The position numbers and the translations under genes were made by a program. Below are positions 13,516-26,315 of a DNA stretch of 64,000 nucleotides, piece by piece. Each line of letters starts with the position of its first letter. The first letter of the stretch is position 1. Origin of the DNA: Eledone cirrhosa (Eukaryota). The stretch is taken from assembly GCA_964016885.1 (NCBI GenBank), contig OZ024751.1:11470001-11534000 (forward strand), written 5' to 3'. The notes beneath the pieces are model-generated. The model was not told the DNA's origin. It did not search any database and saw only the letters and a list, made by a program, of their open reading frames with translations.

Positions 13516-13847
13516 TAATATTCGAAATACTCAGATTTACATTTCTTATACAGACATATATATACATATATAGAAACCTGCTTTATCAATGTAACATATA
13601 TGAGCTTACTAGTACTTACTGAGTTAGACGAACAACTTACGAACACATCAACAAACGAATTCGTTCGTAAGTTGGGAACTTATAGTATATGAATTACCAC
13701 CGATCAGGAAAGGCGGGGGAGACAACTCTAAAATTTCAATTAAGTCTAATTGAAAATAGAATGTAGGCATAAAATATGGTACAGAATGTACTCCTTATTT
13801 TCCAAAAGTAATTCTAATAGTATATATTTTCTTCTACTTGGTTAAGA

Positions 13848-13930
<83 letters not shown>

Positions 13931-13933
<3 letters not shown>

Positions 13934-14173
13934 GGTGCGGGATGCTTAAAGCGTCCGTAACCGGTATGTCGTTTGAGCACTCAATGCTCTTACAGAGCAA
14001 AGTATAATATCACATAAGAAACGGAGAATCAGTGGTGCGACGAATAAGATTTATTAGACATATTACAATCGTTTCTCTGGCGGCTAGATCGTACCTCGAG
14101 CTGGTCGCCAGAGAAACGATTGTAATATGTCTAATAAATCTTATTCGTCGCACCACTGATTTTCCGTTTCTTA

Positions 14174-14175
<2 letters not shown>
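13931..14175 (-). mobile_element. Fold-back element in (TA)n with hammerhead 3' half and AATAAA
   Basis: Arms 14013-14082 and 14106-14174; GAA-ACGATTGT-A..AATAAA in the arm; minus-strand tail with TTGAGTGC running to (TA)n at 13931. Confidence 0.7.
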
Positions 14176-14236
<61 letters not shown>

Positions 14237-14239
<3 letters not shown>

Positions 14240-14810
14240 GAAAAAGTGGAGAATAAAATGGTCAACAGTACAAAAAAGGGGATTTATTTGCAGTTTAACA
14301 ATTGTTTCACTGATAGAGTTGTCTAAAAATTGCTGAACACTAAAAGCAGTGCCACTCAAATTAAATACGATGTTAACTCTATTAGATCTTCGGAAATTGT
14401 ACAGCTTCCGAATATCCAATAGAGTTAACATCGTAGAGTACAGTTTCTACATCGTGGAAACTGTACAGTAAACTGTACAGTTTCCGAAGATCTAATAGAG
14501 TTAACATCGTATTTAAAATTGAGTGGCACTGCTTTTAGTGTTCAGCAATTTTTAGACAACTCTATCAGTGAAACAATTGTTAGACTGCAAATAAATTCCT
14601 TATTTTGTACTGTTGACCATGTTATTCTCCACTTTTTCAATTTTATTACTCCAAGATAAACTTACATAGGAAGACAAATGAATTCATAAACTCGTCATCT
14701 ACGTAAACCTCTTGTTGAGTCAAGCAATGCCGTACGCTAAAACTATCCATAATAAGAAGCATTCACAACCTCTAATTGGATTACCTATAACGATATTTTG
14801 TTATCCTTTA
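14237..14810 (+). mobile_element. Fold-back element in (TA)n with a hammerhead-like fold in each arm
   Basis: Arms about 14237-14405 and 14471-14642; tail TTACTCC...TTGAGT (14715) ending at (TA)n 14810. Confidence 0.75.
14478..14587 (+). ncRNA. Type I hammerhead-like motif with long stem II and variant core CCGAAGA
   Basis: CAGTTT-CCGAAGA-TCTA-ATAGAGTT...AACTCTAT-CAGT-GAA-ACAATTGT-T-AGACTG, then AATAAA at 14590; mirror copy on minus strand at 14291-14399. Confidence 0.6.
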
Positions 14811-14849
14811 TATATATATATATCAGTCATAACGACCAGACTGCTCTTT

Positions 14850-15090
14850 GACAGTGTAGTGAGGTTAACTGGACATGCTCACCGACATCCAGAGTTGACA
14901 CTGCACTTAGTGCTCCTATGGGAGCCCCTGCATGGACGCACGGGAAGAGGAAGACCGAGATTAACATATAATGAAGCCCTAAGGACAGACACTGGTCTCT
15001 TAGAAAGGCAGGACATGGCAGCGAAAATGAGGGCCATAGACCGCTGGAGAGAACTCGTCCATGGATCTCGGGGATTTTACCCGCCCTAGA
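14850..15090 (+). mobile_element. RTE-type LINE 3' fragment
   Basis: RLTGHAHRHPE..VLLWEP.HG..GRGRPRLTY..ALRTDTGL..DRWR, a typical RTE ORF C-terminus; same family as 43750-44328. Confidence 0.8.
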
Positions 15091-15208
15091 TATATATGTA
15101 TATATGTATGTTAGTGCGATAAAGATATGGAGATATACAGAATACCTCAGTATATTTTAGGTGTACTCCAGGTGTATATTAAGGTATTGAATAGTTGTAA
15201 AGTATTTG

Positions 15209-15246
<38 letters not shown>

Positions 15247-15689
15247 TATGTATATATACGTATATATATATATTTTTATATATATATGAATATGTGTGTG
15301 TGTATGGATAAATATATACAGGTGCATGCATGTATGTGTCTTGTGAGATATTTCAGGGGCATTCATATGTCTGTAAGCATGCGTATGAACGTATGAACGT
15401 TTTCATGTGAGAAAGAGAAAGAGAAATGAAGTGTGTTTACGTGCGTTTGTACATGTGTTTATGTGTTTATGTGTGTATATATGTGTGTGTACTTTTATGT
15501 GTAGGTTTCCCTAAATATGAAAACACATCTGGATATACTTTCATAGCCATAACATCGAGTTAACATCTCTTGCTTGCACAAATCTTTTACAAAAACACAC
15601 CAGGGTATTGGCAGGAAGTGCAGAGAAATTAAGTTGCATTGAATCCAAAAAGAAATTAACACCAGACCTACTTCCTTCCCTAATATGTA

Positions 15690-16090
15690 ACTATATATAC
15701 GTATATATATATGTATATATATATGTATGTATGTATATATATATACACATATATATATACATATATATATATATATACACACATATGAATGTATGTATAT
15801 ATATATATGTATATATGTACTCCTATATATATATACACACGTATATATACATGTATATATATATATATATGTATGTATACACACACACACATATGTATAT
15901 ATATATACAAATATATATATATATATATATATACGTATGTATGTATATATATATATCCACATATATATATACATATATATATACACACATATGTATGTAT
16001 ATATATATATACATATATATATACACACATATGTATGTATGTATATATATATATGTATGTATACACACACACACATATATATATATATAT

Positions 16091-16121
<31 letters not shown>

Positions 16122-16264
16122 CGTATGTATGTATATATATATATACACATATGTATATACATATATATATACACACATATGTATGTATATATATATATAT
16201 ACATATATATATACACACATATGTATGTATGTATATATATATATGTATGTATACACACACACAC

Positions 16265-16308
<44 letters not shown>

Positions 16309-16442
16309 GTATGTATATATATATGTATGTATATATATATATGTGTGTGTGTGTATACATACGTATATAATATATACATACATGTATATTTATTTATGGA
16401 CATTCACACACACACCCACGCGCAAACAAACACACACACATA

Positions 16443-16509
<67 letters not shown>

Positions 16510-16510
16510 T
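15690..16510. repeat. Compound (TA)n/(CA)n/(TATG)n microsatellite with higher-order repeats
   Basis: Repeating blocks such as ATACACACATATGTATGTATATA. Confidence 0.9.
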
Positions 16511-16743
16511 ACATGTGCATGGTGAATTTAGTGACGTGCATATTTGTTCATCTCTCATTAAAATCTGTCATGTTGAATTAAGGTTAATTGATGTGGAGAC
16601 ATCTGAAGACGTTAACTAGATAATCATCTAATACTTCCAGACATATGAACTGGTAAATATAACTATATACGAGTAGTTTATAACCCTCTACATGTACACC
16701 CTAATGTGGTCATGTATGGGTGTACGTACATACATACATACAT

Positions 16744-16778
<35 letters not shown>

Positions 16779-16781
<3 letters not shown>

Positions 16782-16941
16782 CGAAGGAAATGTGGTAAGG
16801 AACCAGGTGGACCATAACGCATCAAAGTACTCAATACTTAGGGTAGTAGAGTGGGTAATAGGAACGAGTAGGACTCCGACGACTGTCCAGAATTAGCCGT
16901 CGAAACGGCTTGAGCTCAGCCGTCGGGGTCCTACTCGTTCC

Positions 16942-16942
<1 letters not shown>
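16779..16942 (-). mobile_element. Family A fold-back element
   Basis: Minus-strand tail arm 16779-16885 joined to plus arm GTCCAGAATTAGCCGTCGAAACGGCTTGAGCTCAGCCGTCGGGGTCC; (TA)n on both sides. Confidence 0.8.
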
Positions 16943-16974
<32 letters not shown>

Positions 16975-17016
16975 ACATATATATGTACATACATACATAC
17001 ATACATATATATATAT

Positions 17017-17114
<98 letters not shown>

Positions 17115-17125
17115 ATATATATAAA

Positions 17126-17213
<88 letters not shown>

Positions 17214-17289
17214 ATATATATGTGTGTGTCTATATGTGTGAATGTGTGTATATATACGTGCGCGTTTATAATTGTATATAAGTATGCAA

Positions 17290-17329
<40 letters not shown>

Positions 17330-17800
17330 ATCCCCTCTATCTGATGAGTGAACTAGATGTATGTTAATAAAAACTGGGGGTTAGCTCCCTTCGACAAAAC
17401 CATGTGACTGCCACCAGTGTTTACTGCTAAAATTCACAACCGGTGCGGCTGAGAACGGATACCTGTTGAGAAAGTGAATCCTCTGTTCGATCTCCTTCCA
17501 AAAACAATAGCTTGCATCCCCCTCAAGTGGATTTTGTTGATTTCGGATTTACAGAAACCTAGCGGAGATACTGCATAATATCGACGCGATGGTCCAGGTT
17601 TTCATATTTTCCTGAGGCAGTTTCTCGTTGCTTTGGTCCCTGTGGCTGGCCTACCGGTCGCTGTCTTCAATTTGCAAAGCTGTCTAAACGTAATGTCATC
17701 ACTCTAAGGTAATATACCTTATTGTGTGATTAGCTGCACATCGAGACTGCATTCGTTAACTTAGCTGCAGCCAGAGCTTCGATTGTGCTGTACTTCCATT

Positions 17801-17879
<79 letters not shown>

Positions 17880-17997
17880 GTAGTTGTGTCTGTGTGAGTG
17901 TAAGTAATTTATTGGAGAAATTAGCTTATCACTAACATAGCGTGATTCATAATGCAGGTGTATATTTAAACATTTACAACTTGCTTATTTACATTAA

Positions 17998-18208
17998 CCC
18001 TTTAGCATTAAAACTGGCCATATCCGGCCAGAATTCTCTCACCTCTTTCTATCGAAACCAGCCTCAACTGGCCACTCATACCGAGTGTTCTCAAAATAAA
18101 TAATAGTAAAATCTCATAGATTCCATATTACATGAGATAATTTTGTGAGGTAAAGTGTTTACGATGAAAATGCAATAGTAAATATAGAGTAATGTAAATG
18201 CTAAAGGG
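17998..18208. mobile_element. piggyBac-like MITE
   Basis: TTAA TSDs; TIRs CCCTTTAGCATT / AATGCTAAAGGG; second copy at 34838-35058. Confidence 0.85.
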
Positions 18209-18469
18209 TTAAACATATATGTAAAACGGCAGTCAATCTCAGGATTATCATCAAGCATCACTGAGGCTTACTGACTCGATAATGCAACACGTATAAGCTA
18301 TAGTGTATATACATTTTGAGTAGAGAACATGTGCTTGAGGTGTTAGTTTCTCTCCGCTAAACAGTTCTATAGTCTATCAGTATTTTGATTTGTTAATCAA
18401 ACCTCACAAGCCACGATTTGTATGATATTATAACTTATCCAATTAGGAGACTTTGCGGTAGTTTAATAA

Positions 18470-18712
18470 ATAATTGTTTCTACTTTTTGGCACAAGGCCA
18501 GATATTATCCCAGTACATTACTGGTACTTTATTTTATCGACCCCGTAAGGATGAAAGGCAAAGTTAAACTCGGCGGGAATTGAACTCGGATCGTAAAGGG
18601 ACGTAACTATGCTGGAAAGCATAATCCAACCCTCTACCGATACTGCCAATTCACCCGGTAGTTTAATAAATAATTGTTTCTACTTTAGGCACAAGGCCAG
18701 CAATTACCCAGT
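18470..18712 (-). mobile_element. tRNA-SINE with long TSD, plus a second tail fragment
   Basis: CGGTAGTTTAATAAATAAT duplicated at about 18456 and 18656 flanking the SINE. Confidence 0.88.
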
Positions 18713-18852
18713 GACGAGAAGAAAAGAAAGATTGTGATATATATATATATATAAATGAAAAATATAAGAATTATTGTAGCAAGAAGCCAACAGTATTCCA
18801 TAATATATAAGTGACTATAGCGTCAAAATGGAAAAATAGTTAAAGTAAGATT

Positions 18853-18935
<83 letters not shown>

Positions 18936-19019
18936 AAAGGTAAACAGAAATAACAACACAATCGGTACAGTATATGGAAGGTATATATTAGGTTAACGCT
19001 TGATATAGCAGGAAGAGGG

Positions 19020-19055
19020 TCTTAACGTTTCGGACGCTAGTCCTTCTTCAGAAGA
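19020..19055 (-). ncRNA. Minimal type I hammerhead (Penelope-like)
   Basis: Minus strand TCTT-CTGAAGA-A-GGAC(TAGC)GTCC-GAA-ACGT-T-AAGA, inside a roughly 230-bp insert between (TA)n tracts. Confidence 0.6.
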
Positions 19056-19222
19056 AAGAATGAAAAATAAAATAGATTGCGGGGGCGGGCGGGCGTCATG
19101 GAATTGGAAAAAAGATGTCTTGAAATAAAAATAACAGGTCCATTCATGTTGACATCTCTTGCAAATATATATATATATATATACATATGTCTGTGCATAT
19201 GTGGTATCTGTATATGTGTATA

Positions 19223-19266
<44 letters not shown>

Positions 19267-19271
19267 TATGA

Positions 19272-19336
<65 letters not shown>

Positions 19337-19574
19337 TATGAGTATATATATATATATATATATATACTTCCGCTGATATTGTAATCGTATATAGAAATAT
19401 ACAGTTTTTGACATAATATTACTCCCACGCACAGCTCCTTCTTTCAATACGTTTTGTTATTTTTCCTACTTCCAAATTATATCAACAATAGGAACTTACT
19501 TTTTAATGGTAGTATCACAGGTTCATTGACATCGAAACACAACATATACAGTCTCTAGCTCTCTTATATATACA

Positions 19575-19610
<36 letters not shown>

Positions 19611-19626
19611 TACACACACACAAGCA

Positions 19627-19703
<77 letters not shown>

Positions 19704-19939
19704 ACAAACAAAGAAATATATATATGTACACGCATTGTGCATATACATATGTATGCATAACACTTGAATGGCTATACATTAATGAGGAAGTAGAAGTAAT
19801 TTTCGGAACCATGCTCTGGAATGATGTTTCTACAATGAAAATATTATCTTGATATTTTAAGTATTTTGAACAAATATCTTATTTGATGTTTAACTTATGT
19901 AAATTTCACACATCGCAATAAAGCGTACATACTTATATA

Positions 19940-20071
<132 letters not shown>

Positions 20072-20172
20072 TATACTTATGTATATGTATATATATGTAT
20101 GTATATATATAATATAATATAATATAATATAATATATATATATAATATAATATAATATAATATATATATATA

Positions 20173-20208
<36 letters not shown>

Positions 20209-20284
20209 AATATATATATAATATAATATATATATATATAATATAATATAATATAATATATATATATAATATATATATATATAC

Positions 20285-20340
20285 AGTCCAGAATTAGCCA
20301 TCGAAACGGCTTGAGCTCAGGCGTCGTGGTCCTACTCGTT

Positions 20341-20343
<3 letters not shown>
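20285..20343 (+). mobile_element. Family A single arm
   Basis: GTCCAGAATTAGCCATCGAAACGGCTTGAGCTCAG..GGTCCTACTCGTTCCT between (TA)n tracts. Confidence 0.75.
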
Positions 20344-20379
<36 letters not shown>

Positions 20380-20419
20380 ACAGGAGGCTGGACTGGTGTA
20401 ATTCCTTAAAAGGTTTATT

Positions 20420-20477
20420 ATACTATGATCATTTCAGTGACCGGGTTCAGTATGAATCCGGTGGCATCATCAGGTAT
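20420..20477 (-). ncRNA. Type I hammerhead (family B), in element 20373-20570
   Basis: Minus: ATAC-CTGATGA-TGCC-ACCGG..CCGGT-CACT-GAA-ATGATCAT-A-GTAT-AATAAA; homologous to 30496-30553. Confidence 0.68.
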
Positions 20478-20566
20478 TCGAAATTTAACAAAGGAATATA
20501 ATAGACAAAATCCACGGGGCTGAAAAGCAGAGACAGGAAGGCGGCCGAATATTTGGCAACTTCTAG

Positions 20567-20595
<29 letters not shown>

Positions 20596-20598
<3 letters not shown>

Positions 20599-20752
20599 CG
20601 AAGGAAATGTGGTAGGAACCAGGTGGACCATAACGCACCAAAGTACTCAATACTTAGGGTAGTAGAGTGGGTAATAGGAACGAGTAGGACCCGACGGCTG
20701 AGCTCAGCCGTCGAAACGGCTTGAGCTCAGCCGTCGGGGTCCTACTCGTTCC
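20596..20752 (-). mobile_element. Family A fold-back element
   Basis: Minus tail arm plus plus-strand arm with GAAACGGCTTGAGCTCAGCCGTC; (TA)n flanks. Confidence 0.8.
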
Positions 20753-20939
20753 TATATATATATATAGGGTTTGTTTATGTACATGTGTTTTGTGTGTCTC
20801 TTTGTTAAATTGTGTATTCTTGTTTATCTTATTCAACATATCCTGACATTCATAAATCTATTGCAGATATCTATTCGTGTAGAATAAGAATCTTGTTTTT
20901 AACATAGACTATCGGCCAGTGACATTTGTTTTCGTGGGT

Positions 20940-21805
20940 ATGGGGCACAGGAAAGATGATTATATTGATCCTGATAGTTTATTGATATTTTATTTTATTG
21001 ACACCGGGAGGATGAAAGGCAAAGTTGATCTCGGCTTAATCTGAACCCCAGAACTTTAAAGGTTGTACTTAAATGAAACAAAACATACTTTCGACGCTCT
21101 ACCGTTTCTAAGAGAAATAACAATAATCATTGCTATTAATATTAATTATCACAGGGCGGTGGATTGGCAGTATCGGTAGAGACGGACACAATGCTTTGTA
21201 GCATAGAGTTACGGTCCTTTACGGTCTGAATTCCAATCCCGCTGAGGTTAACTTTGCTTTTCCTCCCGACGGGGTCGATAAAATAAAGCACCAGTAACGT
21301 ACTGGGGTCAATTTAATCGATTTTTCCCTCCCCCAAAATTACTAGCCTAGTGCATATACTAAAAATTATTATTATTAATAATCACTTTAGGGTGGTTGAT
21401 TGCCAGTATCGGAAGTGCGTCGGGCAAGTTATGACCTTTATATTCTGAGTTCAAATCTCGCCGAGGTTAGCTTTGCATTTTGTCCTCATATTTGTTCAAA
21501 GTACTTAAAATATGAAGATAACATTTATATTGTAGAAACATCATTCCAGTGCATGGTTCCGAAATATAGTACCAGTAACGCACTGGGGTTGATTTAATTG
21601 CCTTTCCCATTCTCCCAAGATTGTTGGCCTTATACTTAAATCAGAAACCATGTTTTGCAGCAAAGAGTTACGGCCCGTTATCGTCTGAGTTCAAATCGCG
21701 CCGATGTTAACTTTGCTTTTATCCTTATAGGGTCGATAAAATGAAGTACCACTAATACACTGGGATAATTGCTGGGTTTGTGCCAAAAGTAGAAACAATT
21801 ATTAA
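20940..21805. mobile_element. Cluster of four tRNA-SINE copies (one degenerate on minus, three on plus)
   Basis: Heads at about 21154 and 21390, B boxes at about 21227, 21447 and 21687, SINE core and tail motifs. Confidence 0.8.
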
Positions 21806-22753
21806 TAATCACACTTTCTTTACTTACTTCAAATTTCAGATTGGAAAAACACGATAGTTGATATAGTCCAAGATAGACTCAATGTCGGGAAGTAGACGAA
21901 AGCATAGCTGCCATGTTAAGAATTTCAAACCGCAATTATTGCGTCCCGAGATCTATCACAGTATTTGACAAGCTGGACAAAGAATTTTACCTTAATTGTT
22001 CTTGTGTCTCTATGGCAGAGAAGCAAATTAAGCAGGCGTTAGATATATGGAATCTCCCCAGAATGAATGTATCTGTTCTTGAATCAGTCTTGCCACATAG
22101 TATAAGGGTCAACTAGACATATCTATATCATTAATGTAGGTAAACTGAAGCGTTTCATTCAGATAGATATTATACACAAATACATATACTCTTTTACCCT
22201 TTTACTCTTTTACCTGTTCCAGCAATCCGGCTGAGGCCGTGTTGGGGCACCGCCCTTGTTGCTAAACATTTTATCTCCAGCCTGTATTGATTGGCCACTG
22301 GTGCAAGAGGGAGTTTGTTGCTGCTGCGCTTAGGTTTCCCTCGTGCATTGCTGTGGGCTCATCCGGGATCCTGGTTAGCAAGGTGTCGAGATGTTTCTTG
22401 AAGACATCCACCTACACACCATGCAGATCTCTCAGATCCCTCGGCATCTTGTTGAAGAGTTGAACCCCAGGCTATTGCAATATCTGCTCCTTATTCTAGA
22501 TGTGGAAGATGGGACCTTTGGCACCACACAGTGACGTCCTGTTCGACGGTTGGTCCAGCTCCCAATGCCAAAGTTTGGTGCTAGTCCCTCCAGGATTTTC
22601 CACATGTAGATCACTGCGTATCTCTCCCGTCTTCATTCCAAGGGGTAAAGGTTCAGTTCTTTTAGACTCTCCCAGTAGCTTATCTCCTTCATCGTGGCAA
22701 TCCTCTTGGTGTAGCTTCGCTGGATTGCCTCAAGCTCCGTGGTTAGTTTGACA

Positions 22754-24002
22754 CTATGGGGTGACGAGGCGGCTTAGGACAAATGTCCTCCATAGTGTCA
22801 ACATGGTGTCTCGGTCTCTTGTCCGGAAATTCTTCAAGATCCAGCCAGCGAGTCGTCTGCACATTGTCGCCACTTTCATGATCTGTGAGGAAAAAGATGC
22901 ATCATCGCTCATGTCTATACCCAGGTCTCGTATCGATTTTGACATGACTATATCGGTCCCTCCTGGTTCTGCGAAAATGTGTTGTACTGTATTTGTGTTT
23001 GCAGGTTTGTATTGTAGGGCTTGGAATTTGCCAGCATTAAACTGCATGTTGTTGTCTTCCGACCATTTGTATATGACATCCATATCTTGTTGTAAAAGGG
23101 CAGCATCAGCCGGGTTGTTGATTGCCTGTGCTACTGTAGTGTCATCAGCATAGCTAGTGAGGGATGTTGTTGTATGTACTACAGAGGGAATGTCTGAGAG
23201 AGTCACCGAAAACAGTAGTGGATCCAGGACTGTGCCTTGGGGCACCCACTTGTTATTTATGTTTCCTTTGAGAGGGCCCCGTTTGCTACGACTGTCTGGC
23301 TTCTGTCCTTTAGGAAGTCATGCAGCCACTCACCTACTTTTCCAGTTATGCCGAGTCCGTGTAGTTTGTGACATATCATTCCGTGGTCGACCTTGTCAAA
23401 AGCCTTCGCAAAGTCAAGATATATCACGTCCACATGTGAGCTGTCTAGCAGTTGTTTCAGTACCCAGTTGAAGTGATGTAGCAGCTGTGTAAGGCAGCTT
23501 CTTCCTGGGCGGAAGCCATGCTGCGTGCTATTCAGGCGGTCATTTTCCTTGAGGAAATCAGTTTCTTTCTGACGACTCGCTCCATGACCTTACTGAGATG
23601 CGACGTCAGGGAGACTGGCCTATAGTTTTTGGCCTCCGCTCTGCTAGCTCCTTTATGAATACGACATATTGTGCCTTCTTTCAGCTCCCTGGGTAGTATA
23701 CGGCTAGCCAAGGAGCTTCTGAAGAGCGTCTTCAGTGGAGTTGCTAAGACCCGCTTACATGTTTTTAAGAGAACTGCTGGGAATCCATCAGGTCCAGCAG
23801 CTGAGTCTGTTCTAATTTCATCTACGGCGTATACTACATCCTCCTCCGTTATGTCTATGTGGTTGATGGTCGCCATTTCTTCATGTAGTTTTGTGGCATC
23901 AAAGAAATCCTCTGGCTTTGTTATTTGCATGTGCCTCAGTGGACATGTGAACACACTTTTGTACTGTTCGTTCAGTATTTCACATATCTCTTTGGGATTC
24001 AC
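22754..24002 (-). pseudogene. Reverse transcriptase domain, frameshifted
   Basis: ORFs 23532-24002 (AAGPDGF, NYRPVSLTS) and 22754-23245 (PQGTVLDPLLF, YADDT, RDLG). Confidence 0.9.
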
Positions 24003-24105
24003 GGTTAATGAACCGTCTGTATAGAAGAGTGGCCCAATCTTGCAGTGTACCGAGGCAGTTTCTTTTGTAAATTTAAAGAAGGCCTAAGGTTTGTTTTAAT
24101 ATTTT

Positions 24106-25200
24106 CTATGGCCCTGCTTTCTTTCTTTGCCCTCTGATTTTCATGGGAAGTTTGAGTGCAATCTCGGTGTCAAGTAGCGCACGTTTCAAATAGTGTTCCT
24201 TCTTCTTTTTGTTTTCTTGTGCATTCAACTGGTTTGAGAGCTTGGTTCTACGTCTCATGAGGATTTTCCTATTTCTGGGAATAAGATTTTTGTGTCTGTT
24301 TGCCTTTTTCTCCGGGACAAATCTTTTGCATATAGTGTGTATCGTTGTCATGAAGTGTTGAAATTGTGTGTTGGTGTCTTGTGTGGCGGTGCTTTCGCTC
24401 CATATTTGCTCCCGGATTTCTCTATTGATCTTTTTCCAGTTAGCCTTGTAGAAGTTAAGGCTGGATAACGTCCCGGTGCTTCTTGATGGTTGTGTCTCTG
24501 TTGATTCTCTCGGACCACATATCATTAGTTCTATTAAGTTATGATCCGAGAAAATTGTTGGTGTCACCTTTACACTGTGGATGAGAACTTCGTTGTTTGT
24601 AAAACAGAGGTGCAGGACATTTTCGCCTCTTGTTGGGAGGAGTACTGCTTGTTCCATGAACAGCCTGTGTGTGAGGGCCAGCAGGGATCCGTCTGTCTCT
24701 GTTCTATTGACTTCATTCCAGGGAGGAGGTGGTCCTCAGGCCATTTGACCTTTGGCAGGTTGAAGTCTCCCAGCAGAGAATCTTGAGACCCTGGTCCAAT
24801 TTGTCAAGGACCTCTTCTATCCTACTGAGTCTATCCTCAAATTTACCCTCATGACTGGGGGCATCGGGCGGCCGATATGTGACACATATTACTGTCTTTA
24901 GTTGCTTCATATGTACTATCAGTGTGTCACAGACTGAGTTTGAATGTGTCAACAGTACAATTGGTGTGACATCTTCACGGATATACAGAGCAAACCCACC
25001 ATGATTTCTCTCCTTCCTGTCCGAACGAAATACAGTATATTTCGGTATATGTATATCTTCATCTGCTATACTGCTTGTCAGGTGTGTTTCGGTTAGTGCC
25101 ATGCATAATGCTTGATTGCTTATGACTAAGTCTCCCAGGTACAAAAGTTTACTCATGTTAGTGAGTTTCACCAGGCCACTGACATTCAACAGCAGCACTG
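24106..25200 (-). pseudogene. Apurinic-like endonuclease domain, frameshifted
   Basis: TETHL, YRPPD, PTRGENVLHLCFTN and SDHNLI motifs. Confidence 0.85.
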
Positions 25201-26204
25201 GTGTGACTTTTGGGGTGCCAGCAATGGCTGTCGGTATAACACCTGGCCTGGTGTCAGCGGCGGCCACTCTAGGTCCCTTAATTGTGGTGGTCTCGAGTGC
25301 TTGTGTAGGTAACCCTGGCTCTGAAAACGATGCAGCCAGGTCAGCTGTCCCACAATCTTTTCTGCCATCACTCTGCTGCTGCCATCGGTATCTCGTCGGC
25401 ATGTGCGTTGCTTCTCCTTGTTGGCAAGGCACGCGCGACAACAGCTTACTCCTGGAGCGGCTTGTTTTGGCTTTGGCTGGGGCATGTTGCGCGAGTAGGA
25501 TGGGCATAGTTCGTTTGGGGCCTGGGGTCAGCAAATCTGCACTCATCCCTTTCTCTCCATGCCAGCAGGTCTCGTTCCTGAAGAACTTGCACATTACATG
25601 GGTTTTCTTGCTGCCAGTGTCTCGTTGCTTTCTGTTCTTCCTTTGGACAGTTGTCAACTGGTCCCTCTCCGCTTGGTTCTCCTTCGGAAGGTGATGTCGG
25701 TTCTCACCTTTACCGTTTGTTTGTTGGTTGCCCGGTCTGCCCTCCCTGACTGTGGTGGCGGGTATCTCATTTTCTTTCAGGTCCGTTCTTGTGCTTTCTT
25801 CCTTTTCTTTTCCCTTACCTCTCTCTTTCTCCCCGTTTGCTCCTCTTTGAGGACACGGCTTAGCATCGCCATATGTGGCGCTATGAGGTTATAGGCCTTC
25901 TCGATTTCTTTTCTTTTCTATCTGCGCCAGAGTCCTCAGGAAGCCATGGTTCCTCGGGGTTTCCGCAATATTTTTGCTTGGTGGTGACCCATCGGCCAGG
26001 CTGCACGCTTTGATCAAAACCGCTACTTCCATCTTTGACCAGTTTCGCTGGCTTTTAATTTCGACTTTTCCCTGCAAGCAGTTCATTTCGCTGTGGAGGG
26101 GGGAGAGAGAGATAGCGGGAAGGGTAGGGAAAATGTCAGAGAGGGAAAGAGAAAGGGAAAGTGAGATAAGTCCAGAGAGAAATTCAAGGTGCGATTTAGA
26201 GGGG

Positions 26205-26207
<3 letters not shown>

Positions 26208-26285
<78 letters not shown>

Positions 26286-26315
26286 TGCGATCTAGAGAGA
26301 GAGAGATAGAGAGAA
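26208..26315. repeat. (GA)n microsatellite
   Basis: Direct repeat. Confidence 0.95.

Larger units (their letters stand above)
22187..26090 (-). mobile_element. Decayed CR1/L2-group LINE (ORF1 remnant + APE + RT)
   Basis: APE motifs (LLNVSGL, LTETHL, RSDR..HGG, YRPP) in 24713-25657; RT motifs NYRPVSLTS, PQGTVL.PLLF, YADDT; many frameshifts; 3' end GGCGGTGCCCCAACACGGCC followed by (GTAAAAGA)n-type tail. Confidence 0.9.

Noticed and set aside
17341-17360. CTGATGAG hammerhead core
   Set aside because: No matching stem II-GAAA-stem III downstream
22500-25894. Plus-strand ORFs over the CR1 LINE (and antisense ORFs over the R4/Dong copies)
   Set aside because: Antisense shadows of retrotransposon coding sequence
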